Source: Pirellulales bacterium
GTDB lineage: Bacteria > Planctomycetota > Planctomycetia > Pirellulales > Pirellulaceae
Length of the DNA: 36,240 nucleotides
NCBI GenBank assembly: GCA_038219625.1
Contig: JBBRJI010000001.1
Location: forward strand, 1-36,240
Reading direction: 5' to 3'
A program made the position numbers and the translations under genes. The first letter of the stretch is position 1. Every line of letters starts with the position of its first letter. The notes beneath the pieces were generated by a model that made no database searches, was not told where the DNA came from, and saw only the letters and a list, made by a program, of their open reading frames with translations. Shown one piece after another: positions 1-9,670 of the stretch.

Positions 1-1312
1 CGATGCGCCGAGTGAGCGGCTGGATGAGCTGGCGGAGTCGCTCATGAAATTGGATGAAGTAGCGGCGGCCTACGTTAAGCCCGCCGGCGAGCCACCGGAA
101 ATCAACGATATGGCTCCAGCCGCCGATGAAGCGCCCAGCACCACACCTGACTTCTCGGCCCGACAAATTTATTTGAACGCTGCGCCAGCAGGGATCGACG
201 CTCGCTACGCGTGGCGTTTTCGAGGGGGCCGAGGCGCGGGAACGAGAATCATCGATTGCGAGTGGGGCTGGCGATTTGGCCATGAGGACCTTGGCAGCAA
301 TCAAGGGGGAATCGTCATCGGTACCAATCACACGGACACCAATCACGGTACGGCTGTGCTTGGTGAGTTTAGCGGTGACGTCAATAGTTTCGGGATCGTA
401 GGCATTTGCAGCGATGCGGTCGCAAGTGCCGCATCCTTCTTAACCCTTCCAACCGCTACGGTTATTCGACAAGCCGCAGATCGCCTTAGGGCTGGCGACG
501 TTATGTTGTTGGAGATCCATCGGCCAGGACCAGGAGCTAACGGTTCCGGCCAAGATGGTTTCATTGCGATTGAGTGGTGGCCTGACGACTTGGCCGCAAT
601 TCGATACGCGGTTAGCCGCGGTATCCTTGTCGTAGAAGCGGCAGGAAACGGGTTTAGAAACCTCGACGATCCCATTTACAACACTCCTTCGACGGGGTTT
701 CCAGCCACGTGGAAGAATCCCTTCAAGCTCACGAATCCGCAATCCGGCGCGATCGTGGTGGGTGCAGGAGCGCCACCGCCTGGAACCCATGGTCGCGACC
801 ATGGCCCCGACCGGTCTCGGCTGGATTTCTCGAATCACGGCCAAAGAGTCGACACGCAAGGCTGGGGACGTGAGGTAACAACAACCGGCTACGGTGATCT
901 GCAGGGAGGTAGCAATTCCGATTTATGGTACACCGATACGTTCAGTGGTACTTCCAGCGCGTCGCCGATCGTGGTTGGGGCATTGGGCTGCATACAGGGA
1001 ATGCTGCGTGCGAATAACCGACCGTTGTTGACGCCATTGACGGCGAAGCAGGTCTTGCGAGCAACGGGATCGCCTCAGCAGGATGCCCCTGGTCGTCCTC
1101 GAACGCAGCGCATCGGCAATCGCCCGAATATCAAGCAGATGGTTGGTCACTTATTTGGTGTGACGCCGGAATCCGATGGCGGTCTGTTGGACAGCACGCT
1201 TTCGACAGTAGGTGGCCCAGTCGAGCTCAATCTTTCAGGAAAGATCACGATCAACGTGCGCTCATCGGATGTCACGGTCAATGTACTGGGTGAAAGTACG
1301 AAATCACCCTAG
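1..1312 (+). CDS. S8 (subtilisin-like) serine peptidase, 5'-truncated by the window
   Basis: Frame is open from base 2 through ORF 44..1312. Catalytic motifs IIDCEWG (Asp), NHGTAVLG (His), AAGNG (oxyanion Asn) and FSGTSSASP (Ser). Confidence 0.9.
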   Translation, partial: DAPSERLDELAESLMKLDEVAAAYVKPAGEPPEINDMAPAADEAPSTTPDFSARQIYLNAAPAGIDARYAWRFRGGRGAGTRIIDCEWGWRFGHEDLGSNQGGIVIGTNHTDTNHGTAVLGEFSGDVNSFGIVGICSDAVASAASFLTLPTATVIRQAADRLRAGDVMLLEIHRPGPGANGSGQDGFIAIEWWPDDLAAIRYAVSRGILVVEAAGNGFRNLDDPIYNTPSTGFPATWKNPFKLTNPQSGAIVVGAGAPPPGTHGRDHGPDRSRLDFSNHGQRVDTQGWGREVTTTGYGDLQGGSNSDLWYTDTFSGTSSASPIVVGALGCIQGMLRANNRPLLTPLTAKQVLRATGSPQQDAPGRPRTQRIGNRPNIKQMVGHLFGVTPESDGGLLDSTLSTVGGPVELNLSGKITINVRSSDVTVNVLGESTKSP

Positions 1313-1354
1313 GTTGATCGGTTCGCTTTGCTACCCGGCGGCAGAGTAATAACC

Positions 1355-1406
1355 CGTCGGTGCGGATGCTGCCAGCATCCGCGCCGACGCTAGCAGCGTC
1401 GGCCAC
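1355..1406. repeat. Overlapping palindromes / GTGG-type REP-like element between convergent genes
   Basis: Hairpin 1355-1389 is CGTCGGTGCGGATGC-TGCCA-GCATCCGCGCCGACG. It overlaps hairpin 1383-1403, which reads GTGG-CCGACGCT-GCT-AGCGTCGG on the minus strand (from 1406). Confidence 0.65.
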
Positions 1407-1416
1407 GATTTTAACG

Positions 1417-2445
1417 TCAGTCGATATGAATGACTGCCTTCATGACGCCCGCGTTGGGATCCAGCCAGTTTGGAAACTCTTTGGGAACATCGGCGAAGTT
1501 CGCATGATGCGTGATCCATGGATTCGTGTCGATTCTGCCCGCTTCAATCAACGCAATGATGCGAGTGAAATCGCGAGAGAGGGCATTGCGACTTGCCATC
1601 AGCGTTATTTCGCGACGGTGGAAGCAAGGCGCATGGGGAAACTCCAGATTCTGTTGTGTGATGCCTACATAAACGACCCGGCCAGCAAAGGCCGCGAACT
1701 CAAACGCGCGAACCATCGACCGGTTGTTGCCCGTCGCATCGATCACTACGTCCGCGCGTTGACCTTGTGTCATCGATTCCAAGTTTGCAATGTCGGTCTC
1801 GTCGTTCCGTATCAGCAGTGTGTCCGGAACACCCATGGTGCTTCGAACAAATGCCAATCGGCTTTCGCTGATATCCGCCACAATCGGTCGAGCGCCGGAT
1901 ATTTTTACGAACTCGAGGGCTGACAATCCGATGGGCCCCGCTCCGATGACCAAAACATTTTCACCCGACTTGCAACCGCTTCGGTCGACAGCATGGCAAC
2001 CAATCGCTAAGGTCTCGACTAAGGCTGCTTGTTCCATAGTCAATTCGCCAGCAAGATGAAGTTTCCGCGATGGCAATACGATTCGTTCCGTCAGGCCGCC
2101 GTCACACATCACTCCCAACGTCTTGTGATGCTCACAGCAGTTCGTGAAACCTCGACGACAAGAATAGCACTGCTGGCAATTCAAATAGGGTTCGACTGAG
2201 CAGCGATCGCCGGGCTGCACGTTGGTTACTCCCTCGCCAACCTCCAAGACTTCGACGCCCAACTCGTGACCAGGTATTCTCGGGTACGAAAAGAATGGAA
2301 ATTTCCCCAAATAACCGCCGAGATCGGTACCGCAAACACCCACGCGATGGACTCGGACCAAGACTTGTCCCGCTTCAGGCGATGGTGGCTCAGGGATGTC
2401 AATGATTCTCCACGATTCCGGCTTCTCGAGCTGCAATGCTTTCAT
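1417..2445 (-). CDS. Zinc-binding (MDR) dehydrogenase, L-galactonate 5-dehydrogenase-like
   Basis: GVCGTD, GHE, structural Zn motif CQQCYSCRRGFTNCC, Rossmann GAGPIG, C-terminal ASRNA. Lies in an operon with AKR and uxaE. Substrate is inferred. Confidence 0.85.
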   Translation of the reverse strand: MKALQLEKPESWRIIDIPEPPSPEAGQVLVRVHRVGVCGTDLGGYLGKFPFFSYPRIPGHELGVEVLEVGEGVTNVQPGDRCSVEPYLNCQQCYSCRRGFTNCCEHHKTLGVMCDGGLTERIVLPSRKLHLAGELTMEQAALVETLAIGCHAVDRSGCKSGENVLVIGAGPIGLSALEFVKISGARPIVADISESRLAFVRSTMGVPDTLLIRNDETDIANLESMTQGQRADVVIDATGNNRSMVRAFEFAAFAGRVVYVGITQQNLEFPHAPCFHRREITLMASRNALSRDFTRIIALIEAGRIDTNPWITHHANFADVPKEFPNWLDPNAGVMKAVIHID

Positions 2446-2456
2446 GATGAAATCTT

Positions 2457-3389
2457 TCAGTTGTTTTCGGGGAGGCCTTCACGATGCCCAATGTTTCTAA
2501 CTGGCGAAAAGATGTCGATGACTTCCGACATCAATGCCGTATCCACTGGCGATTCCAGCCACTGAACCCATTTTCGAATGTTGTTGGGGTTAGCGCTGCC
2601 TGCAATCGTGGTGGTCATATCGGGATTGGCACAGGAAAACTGCAACGCGAGTTGGGCGATATCGACGCCCTGTTTTTGACAGTGCTCGGCGGCCTTTCGG
2701 GCTGCAGCTTGCACTTCCTTCGGGTCGCGAAACCACACAGGCAATGTCGCGTTGGTTAGCAACCTCGCCGCAAACGGCCCACCGTTCATGATGCCGATAG
2801 ATTTCGCCTTGAGCTTCGGCACCAATTCCTCTGCCAAGCGAGTATTTTGAAGCGTGTATTGGTTGTAGGACAGAATGCAATCCAATTCCGATTGCGAACT
2901 GACCACGTCAAAAATCTTCATCGGGTAACCGCTAATGCCGACGAAGCGGACTTTGCCCGATTGCTGGATGCGACGCAGAGCGGGTAATGTCTCTTCGATG
3001 ATCTGTTGGAGCGGCGCGAACTCGATGTCATGGCACAGAATGATATCCAGATGGTCGGTTCCAAGTCGGTGCAAGCTGACATCGACGCTCTCGGCCACTC
3101 GCTTGGCAGAGAAATCAAAATGCCCCACATCGTAACGGCCCAGCTTCGAGCAAAGCGTGTACTGATCTCGCGGTACCTCTCGTAGGGCGATGCCCAACAA
3201 CACTTCGGACATGCCACGCCCATAGAAAGGCGATGTGTCGATGAAGTTGAGACCAAGCTCCAACGCCACCCGGACGCTTTCGAAAATTTCGTCCAATTGA
3301 ACGGTGCGAAACTCTGCGCCTAACGAGGAAGCCCCAAAGCTCAGGATTGGCAGTTCAAGTCCTGTTTTGCCTAAAATTCTTTTTTCCAT
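2457..3389 (-). CDS. Aldo/keto reductase (L-galactose / D-threo-aldose 1-dehydrogenase-like)
   Basis: Start MEKRILGKTGL at 3389. AKR motifs FIDTSPFYG, SK, SLHRLGTDHLD, CHDIE and GKVRFVGISG. Confidence 0.85.
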   Translation of the reverse strand: MEKRILGKTGLELPILSFGASSLGAEFRTVQLDEIFESVRVALELGLNFIDTSPFYGRGMSEVLLGIALREVPRDQYTLCSKLGRYDVGHFDFSAKRVAESVDVSLHRLGTDHLDIILCHDIEFAPLQQIIEETLPALRRIQQSGKVRFVGISGYPMKIFDVVSSQSELDCILSYNQYTLQNTRLAEELVPKLKAKSIGIMNGGPFAARLLTNATLPVWFRDPKEVQAAARKAAEHCQKQGVDIAQLALQFSCANPDMTTTIAGSANPNNIRKWVQWLESPVDTALMSEVIDIFSPVRNIGHREGLPENN

Positions 3390-3444
3390 CTTCAGTTCTT
3401 TGGTTTGAGGTACGGATTCATCGATGGATCGCAATTCACGGATA

Positions 3445-4710
3445 TCAACCGAGGAAAAGCGGTTTGAGATGCCGATCAAAAATGTTCGTGGTCACTTGTT
3501 CGCCGACGATGGTAGCGTTGGACTTGAGCAAATCCGTGAACCGGTTGCCTGATTTGGCAGCCACTTTAAAAGACACGTGCAACAACTGCCGAACGTTCGC
3601 ATTGAATCGAGCATCGCCGGGGATGTGCCGAATAGTACTGGCAAAGTGACCGCCGTCCCACGTAGCGACTTCTGCGGCCGATGGCAATCGCGTTCGGTCG
3701 ATATCGATGACGCTGGCGTAGGGGGCGCAGAATTCATCAATGTGCTCAAACGCGTAGGCATAGATTTCTTTGGCCAGCGATAGACCATCCCCTCCCGCTT
3801 CCGCAAGTCCGATCAACTCCTCGAGCCAAGTAGTCCCAGCAGTCTTAAGGTGGATGCCCGCACCTGTGGCTTTGAGTGCTCTGCGAATGATCGGATAGAG
3901 GCCGAATTTGTCACTGCCACTATGCACGCTAAGTTTGAGGTTGGCTGGTAAGCCATATTGTCCAATAGCAAACCGAATGACGGCTAGATCGTCGAAGTAT
4001 TCTCGTTCAAATTGGTTGAGATCGCCAACATAGTCAACCCCTTTATTGAACCGACCGGTGAACTTGGGAGCGATGGTTTGGATAGGCAATTTCTCGTCGG
4101 CGAGTGCTGCCAAGATGATCAACAATTCCGGTGGAGTTTGGGGCGAGTCCGTCTCATCCATCGACACCTCCGGTACAAAATTTCCGATCCCTTTTTTGTT
4201 CTCGATGTAACGATAGATTTCTCCGGCTTGTCGCGTTGCCAACAGGTATTTGCGAGCCACTCGTTCGACTTCCTCGAGTCGGATTACCAAGGGAGCTTCT
4301 AGACCTTGGATGGCGATTGGGCGCAACAACTCAGGATGACGTTGACCAAACTGCGATATGTCTGCATCGCTGGCGGGCTTGCCAATGGAATCCGCCACAT
4401 CGATGGTAAAAAAATTGGAACAAGCCAAGAACCGGTCGACGGTCTTCTGTTGGATATGATCGGCATCGACGTACCATGGATGATTCCATCCCAGGTCAGC
4501 TACTGCGGATGCCGCCGAGTCGTAGACGCTTTGCGGTTCCGAGCCGATGAAGGTGTGTTCTCGATTGGACTTGTTCCAGACCGGCACGACGACGAAACCT
4601 GGTTTAGGCTTCATCTGCTCGGATAGCTTAAGGAATGCTGCAAGTTGCGCTTTGGCTTGGTGGGCAAATCGATCGCCCACTCCAAACGAATATGGTTCTA
4701 AAACAAGCAT
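3445..4710 (-). CDS. uxaE: Tagaturonate/fructuronate epimerase (UxaE family)
   Basis: SFGVGDRF, DADH, EVSMDET, APKFTGRFNKGVDY, KLSVHSGSDKF and HLKTAGTTWLEE are motifs typical of UxaE. Confidence 0.85.
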   Translation of the reverse strand: MLVLEPYSFGVGDRFAHQAKAQLAAFLKLSEQMKPKPGFVVVPVWNKSNREHTFIGSEPQSVYDSAASAVADLGWNHPWYVDADHIQQKTVDRFLACSNFFTIDVADSIGKPASDADISQFGQRHPELLRPIAIQGLEAPLVIRLEEVERVARKYLLATRQAGEIYRYIENKKGIGNFVPEVSMDETDSPQTPPELLIILAALADEKLPIQTIAPKFTGRFNKGVDYVGDLNQFEREYFDDLAVIRFAIGQYGLPANLKLSVHSGSDKFGLYPIIRRALKATGAGIHLKTAGTTWLEELIGLAEAGGDGLSLAKEIYAYAFEHIDEFCAPYASVIDIDRTRLPSAAEVATWDGGHFASTIRHIPGDARFNANVRQLLHVSFKVAAKSGNRFTDLLKSNATIVGEQVTTNIFDRHLKPLFLG

Positions 4711-4803
4711 GGGTGTACCTTTTTGGAGAGTGAATCGGAAAGATTGTTATCGAATTCGCGGCATTAGAACATGGCTAGTGCTTCTTCCATGCTAAATTTT
4801 GGG

Positions 4804-4895
4804 GTAGCGGAACTCGCCAAGAGTTTCGGTGGTTAGGACGAATCCACTGGGATTTACCTCTTGAAGTCGCCGAAAGCCTACGCGGCTTCCGCTAC
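4804..4895. repeat. GTAG-type REP doublet (REPIN-like)
   Basis: GTAGCGGAACTCGCCAAGAGTTTCGG at 4804-4829 and an inverted copy at 4870-4895 (GTAGCGGAAGCCGCGTAGGCTTTCGG on minus). Same family as 20095-20158. Confidence 0.8.
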
Positions 4896-5095
4896 GCAAG
4901 AACCCCAACTCTTACTACACGTCCGGAACTACGAATCCAAGTCGAATAGATCTGTCATTCCAGCAAGATTCACATCAATCATTTCCAAAGTCCGCTGGCC
5001 ACCACATCATTGGAATTTGTTTATCATTACAATAGCTGGTGGCAGCTATAGCCTATGGCAACCGGATGGACCATGAGCCCAAATCAAAGAGTACA

Positions 5096-7318
5096 ATGAT
5101 GAAATTACACATGACCATCCTGCAATTTCTCGCGTGTGCGCTAGCGGGAAATGCCGCCGCCCGCGCCGCGGACCCCATCGTCATCAATGACTTCGAGGGG
5201 ACTGACTATGGCCATTGGATCGTCAGCGGCGAGGCTTTTGGAACAGCACCCGCGCGAGGGACGCTGTCTGGCCAAATGCATGTCGACGGATTTCAAGGAA
5301 GAGGTTTAGTCAACTCTTTTAAGGGTGGCGACAACGCTATCGGAAAACTCACTTCGCCGAAATTCAAAATCGAACGCAAGTTTGTCACGTTTCTTATCGG
5401 TGGTGGCGGCTATGCCAATGAGACTTGCATCAACCTGATGGTCGACGGCAAGGTCGTGCGTACTGCCACTGGCCCCAACACCGAGGCGGGTGGGAGTGAA
5501 ACCTTGGCCCCTGCCGCATGGGACGTTTTTGAGTTCGCGGGCCGCGAGGCGAGTATTGTTATCGTCGATGAACGGAAAGGTGGCTGGGGGCACATCAATG
5601 TCGATCACATTGTTCAGACGGAAGATCGTGGCTCCTTTCCACTGGCAGCGAAACCAGCGTCGCTAGCCCCTGCAGTACCGGAGATTACACGCCAATTGCG
5701 CATCCACGCGGACTTCCTTCAGTTGCCGCTGGTGCGACGTGAGGACGGCAAAAAACCGGGACTTGAAAAGCTCAGCATCGAAGCCGACGGGAAACTCATG
5801 CGGACCATGCACGTGGAGTTGCCCTCAGAAGGAATGCAGCCCGATTTCTGGTATTCCGCAGACCTTCGCGAATTGCGAGGAAAGCAAGTCACTCTGCGTT
5901 ATAAGTCAAGAGATACAAAAGCCTTGGAACGTCTTGAACTCGGCAACCAAGAGATTGTCGATCCGAAGGCATACGAATCCGAGCATCGCCCGCGATTCCA
6001 TTTCAGTCCGCGACTGGGTTGGATGAATGACATCAACGGTAGCTACTTTCAGGACGGTCTCTATCACATTTTCTACCAATTCAATCCAGCCACAACGAGC
6101 AAGGGAGCTGGTTTCGATATGCATTGGGGGCACTCGGTCAGCAAAGACCTCGTCCATTGGGACGAATGGCCTGTTGCGATTTTTCCAGATGCGACTGGCC
6201 AATGCTATTCAGGTACGACAGTCATGCAGCAAAAGCCGATCCCTGGCTTGAATGAAGGGGCTAAGTTTCCGGCACCTGTGATGTTTTTCGCGGCCACGAG
6301 TCCATTCTCACAGCACATTGCTACCACGCCTGACAATGGTCGCAGTTGGAAACGCTTTTCCGGGAATCCAGTCGTTCCTAACATCGGCAATGGTGATCGC
6401 GATCCGAAGGTCATTTGGCACGAAGCTTCGCAGCACTATGTTATGGTGCTTTACGTAGGTGGTCCCGACACCTACAGGATTCTGCGTTCGAAGGATCTCA
6501 TTAAGTGGGAGCAGACGAGCGTTCTACCCAACTGGTACGAATGCCCTGAATTCCTCCCGATGAAGTCCGCTGTTACCGGCGAAGAGCTCATGCTGCTCTA
6601 CGGTTGCTATCGCACGCCCAAGGACGCGAAGGATCCCTTTAGCTCCGACTCCTGCTACCAGCTAGGACGCTTCGACGGCAAAACCTTCACGCCCAATACA
6701 AAACTGCGCAATGCGCATCGCGGCCCCAATTACTACGCGGCCCTCGTCTTTATGAACGAGCCCAACAATCGGCCGATCATGATGGGCTGGGCGCGAGGAA
6801 CCCGCTTTCCGGGAGAGATCTTCAATCAGTGCGCCAGCGTCCCACTGCTCATGCAGATGAAGGTAATTCATGGTGAGGATACGCTCTGCTTTGAGCCCGC
6901 CGAAGAAGTCAACAAGCTGCGTGGCCAACCGCTATTCAAACTCAATAACGTATCTATCGCCGAAGCCAACGCCAAGCTTCAGGGTCTTGTCAGCGACGCG
7001 GCTCTCGATGTATCGGTCCGCTTCCGTCCTGAAGCAACCGGCAACGTAAACGTGAGCATTCGAAGGATTAGCTTCCAATACGATCTTGCCACCAAGATAC
7101 TCAAGCGAGCGGACCAGAGCAGCCAACTCCATCCAGGCGAATTCGTCGATGCACGCTTTCTTATTGATCGAGGCATCGTCGAGAGTTTTTGGAATCAAGG
7201 CGAAGCGGCATACTGCATTGGGTCCCTTCACACCGATACGGGCCCGGCCTTTGCAATCGAAGGCAATGCTGTCGTCGAGGAGATCGTCGTTTATCCCATG
7301 GCAGATATCTGGAAGTAA
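5096..7318 (+). CDS. Secreted glycoside hydrolase family 32 (levanase/beta-fructofuranosidase-like) with N-terminal accessory domain
   Basis: HFSPRLGWMNDING (nucleophile Asp), WGHSVSKDLVHW, RDPKV and ECP motifs. Signal-peptide-like N-terminus ending AARA-AD. Exact start is uncertain (5096/5099/5111). Confidence 0.88.
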   Translation: MMKLHMTILQFLACALAGNAAARAADPIVINDFEGTDYGHWIVSGEAFGTAPARGTLSGQMHVDGFQGRGLVNSFKGGDNAIGKLTSPKFKIERKFVTFLIGGGGYANETCINLMVDGKVVRTATGPNTEAGGSETLAPAAWDVFEFAGREASIVIVDERKGGWGHINVDHIVQTEDRGSFPLAAKPASLAPAVPEITRQLRIHADFLQLPLVRREDGKKPGLEKLSIEADGKLMRTMHVELPSEGMQPDFWYSADLRELRGKQVTLRYKSRDTKALERLELGNQEIVDPKAYESEHRPRFHFSPRLGWMNDINGSYFQDGLYHIFYQFNPATTSKGAGFDMHWGHSVSKDLVHWDEWPVAIFPDATGQCYSGTTVMQQKPIPGLNEGAKFPAPVMFFAATSPFSQHIATTPDNGRSWKRFSGNPVVPNIGNGDRDPKVIWHEASQHYVMVLYVGGPDTYRILRSKDLIKWEQTSVLPNWYECPEFLPMKSAVTGEELMLLYGCYRTPKDAKDPFSSDSCYQLGRFDGKTFTPNTKLRNAHRGPNYYAALVFMNEPNNRPIMMGWARGTRFPGEIFNQCASVPLLMQMKVIHGEDTLCFEPAEEVNKLRGQPLFKLNNVSIAEANAKLQGLVSDAALDVSVRFRPEATGNVNVSIRRISFQYDLATKILKRADQSSQLHPGEFVDARFLIDRGIVESFWNQGEAAYCIGSLHTDTGPAFAIEGNAVVEEIVVYPMADIWK

Positions 7319-7319
7319 A

Positions 7320-8261
7320 ATGATGAGAATACTAATGAGGCGAGCGATTTTGACTTTCTACACCAGTTGTACGCGCATTGCAATCGCCATGATGCTACTG
7401 GCTTGTTTGTTCCTATCCCGCATGGCTGTAGCAGAAGAGCCGAAATTTCGCGACATTGAATACGGCAGGGTCGGTGACATTTCGCTGAAGCTGGATTTCT
7501 ACGAGCCTACCCAGCGTCGACCGGAACGGCCATTGATCGTTTGGATCCATGGGGGTGCATGGCGCTCGGGAAGCAAATCGGACGTTCCAGTAGCCAAGCT
7601 CCGCGAGCAAGGCTTCGCAATTGCGAGCGTCGACTATCGTCTTTCGCCAGTCGCAAAGTTTCCCGCCCAGATTCACGATATCAAAGCAGCGATCCGATAT
7701 TTGCGAGCCAATGCGGGCCGTTTCGATGTCGATGCAAATCGCTTCGTTCTCGCTGGTTCGTCGGCGGGAGGGCATCTTGCCGTGTTGGCGGCTGTCTCGG
7801 ATGGCGTGCCTGAACTGAGCGGCGACTTAGGATCACCGGACAAAAACTCTGCAAGGGTACAGGCAGTAGTTTCGTTTTTTGGAGCAGGCAATCTTCAAAC
7901 GATTCTTTCGCAATCGACGCCGTTTGGGCTCGATGTGAGAGTGCCTGCTCTTGAAAAGTTTCTGGGTGGTTTACCAGATCAGCAGCCCAACCTCGCACGT
8001 CTGGCAAGTCCGGTAGAGCACATTGACTCACGCGATCCACCATTGTGGCTGTTCCATGGCGATCAAGATCCCCAGATGCCGATCAATCAATCGCACGAAC
8101 TGGATGGGGCTTACAAGAAAATTGGCTTACCGGTGCGGTTTGAGGTGGTTCATGGAGGCAAGCATGGAGGATCCGGCTTCTTTACCGATACGCAACTGCG
8201 TCGCCTCGGGGATGAGTTGTTTGAATCGCTGACGACGGAACTTTCGTCTGGTAAGCGTTAA
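7320..8261 (+). CDS. Secreted alpha/beta hydrolase (esterase/lipase)
   Basis: HGGAW oxyanion motif, GSSAGG nucleophile elbow, HGDQD and GKHGG. ATG lies just after the GH32 stop. Confidence 0.88.
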   Translation: MMRILMRRAILTFYTSCTRIAIAMMLLACLFLSRMAVAEEPKFRDIEYGRVGDISLKLDFYEPTQRRPERPLIVWIHGGAWRSGSKSDVPVAKLREQGFAIASVDYRLSPVAKFPAQIHDIKAAIRYLRANAGRFDVDANRFVLAGSSAGGHLAVLAAVSDGVPELSGDLGSPDKNSARVQAVVSFFGAGNLQTILSQSTPFGLDVRVPALEKFLGGLPDQQPNLARLASPVEHIDSRDPPLWLFHGDQDPQMPINQSHELDGAYKKIGLPVRFEVVHGGKHGGSGFFTDTQLRRLGDELFESLTTELSSGKR

Positions 8262-8382
8262 TCCGATGGTTTGGCGTGCAAACATGGACTAATATGATAG
8301 TCATTGCCACTTACACGGTACGGGTCCCCTTTATCCACCTGGGCAAAACCCAAGACACAGGTTTTGAAATCGACGTGAAATC

Positions 8383-9279
8383 ATGACGCACATATTGGTG
8401 GTAGACGATTCTGCAACCGAGCGACGGCGGGTGGGGCGGTTATTGGAGAAAGGGTTGGACTCAGCAATTGTTTCTTACGCGGAAAATGGTAAGGCAGCTC
8501 TTGATTCGCTTCCATTGAAGTTGCCCGACTTGATCGTGACTGATTTGCGGATGCCAGAAATGGATGGTCTTGGTCTGGTCGAAAAAGTTGCTGAAGGTGG
8601 CTTTGGTATCCCTGTAATTTTGATGACGAGTTTTGGTAATGAGGAGATCGCGGTACAAGCACTGAATGCCGGAGCGGCCAGCTACGTTCCAAAATCCGCT
8701 CTCGGTAAACACTTGATCAAAACGGCCGAAAATGTGATTGCACTTTCGCAAGGCAAAAAAAGCCGGCAGCGAGTCCTGCAGGCGTTGACCGAGGTTCATT
8801 CACGCTTCGTATTGGAGAACGATATCACGTATATTCCTCCTTTGGTTAGCTACCTTCAAGAACAAATAGCCTTGATGCGAATTCTTGATGAATCACAGTT
8901 GATACGCATAGGCATTGCATTGTGCGAGGCGCTGACCAACGCAATCCACCATGGCAACCTGGAGCTGGATTCGGAATGGCGGCAGAACGACGAAGAGAAG
9001 TACTTCAGAATTGCGGAGGAACGTCGTTGTGTAAAGCCTTATTCGGATCGCAGGGTGCGGATGGTTGCTACGTTGTCGGATCGAGAAGTACGTTTTGTCA
9101 TTGATGACGAAGGACCGGGCTTTGCCCTGGACGATTTGCGAGACCCAACCGAGGAGTTCAATATGGATCGGATGGGAGGCCGAGGCTTGCTTCTGATTCG
9201 CAGTTTTATGGACGAAGTGACACATAATGTCGTTGGAAATTCTATTACAATGATAAAAAACGTCGTTCCATTGGATTAG
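8383..9279 (+). CDS. Response regulator receiver fused to an anti-sigma-factor-type ATPase/kinase domain (HATPase_c_2)
   Basis: REC motifs ILVVDD and DLRMPEMDG. C-terminal EALTNAIHHGN, DEGPGF and GGRGLLLI. Confidence 0.85.
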   Translation: MTHILVVDDSATERRRVGRLLEKGLDSAIVSYAENGKAALDSLPLKLPDLIVTDLRMPEMDGLGLVEKVAEGGFGIPVILMTSFGNEEIAVQALNAGAASYVPKSALGKHLIKTAENVIALSQGKKSRQRVLQALTEVHSRFVLENDITYIPPLVSYLQEQIALMRILDESQLIRIGIALCEALTNAIHHGNLELDSEWRQNDEEKYFRIAEERRCVKPYSDRRVRMVATLSDREVRFVIDDEGPGFALDDLRDPTEEFNMDRMGGRGLLLIRSFMDEVTHNVVGNSITMIKNVVPLD

Positions 9280-9312
9280 TGATCGATTCTACTCTCTTGA
9301 GGCAATCAAACG

Positions 9313-9660
9313 ATGACTAGCGTTTTCGATATGGATGGAGCTTTGGAAAGAGTCGAAGGAGACCACGAGTTACTCGATGAATTGGCAAGAATCTACTTGA
9401 ATGAATCGTCGGAACTATCGATCGCGATATCCCATGCGATGGAGCAGAACGATATCATCGCTGCGACCAAAGTAGCGCATACGATAAAAGGGGCTTCGTC
9501 CAATTTCTGCGCTCAAGCGATTTTTGATGCGGCTTGGAATTTCGAGCAATTGCAGCCGTCGAACAGCCCTGAGGAAATCGCGTTAGCCTACCGTACCCTG
9601 CTTCACGAACTAGAACGACTGAGTCATGCCATCCGGCAAGAGTTCCATATTCGGCAGTGA
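9313..9660 (+). CDS. Stand-alone Hpt (histidine phosphotransfer) protein
   Basis: 115 aa, helical, with an AHTIKGAS motif. GAGG Shine-Dalgarno upstream. Confidence 0.88.
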   Translation: MTSVFDMDGALERVEGDHELLDELARIYLNESSELSIAISHAMEQNDIIAATKVAHTIKGASSNFCAQAIFDAAWNFEQLQPSNSPEEIALAYRTLLHELERLSHAIRQEFHIRQ

Positions 9661-9670
9661 GGATTTAGCG

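Noticed and set aside
4795-4913. MITE ends around the 4804-4895 REP doublet (TTGGGG...CCCCAA)
   Set aside because: Only a 6-bp inverted match and no convincing target duplication.
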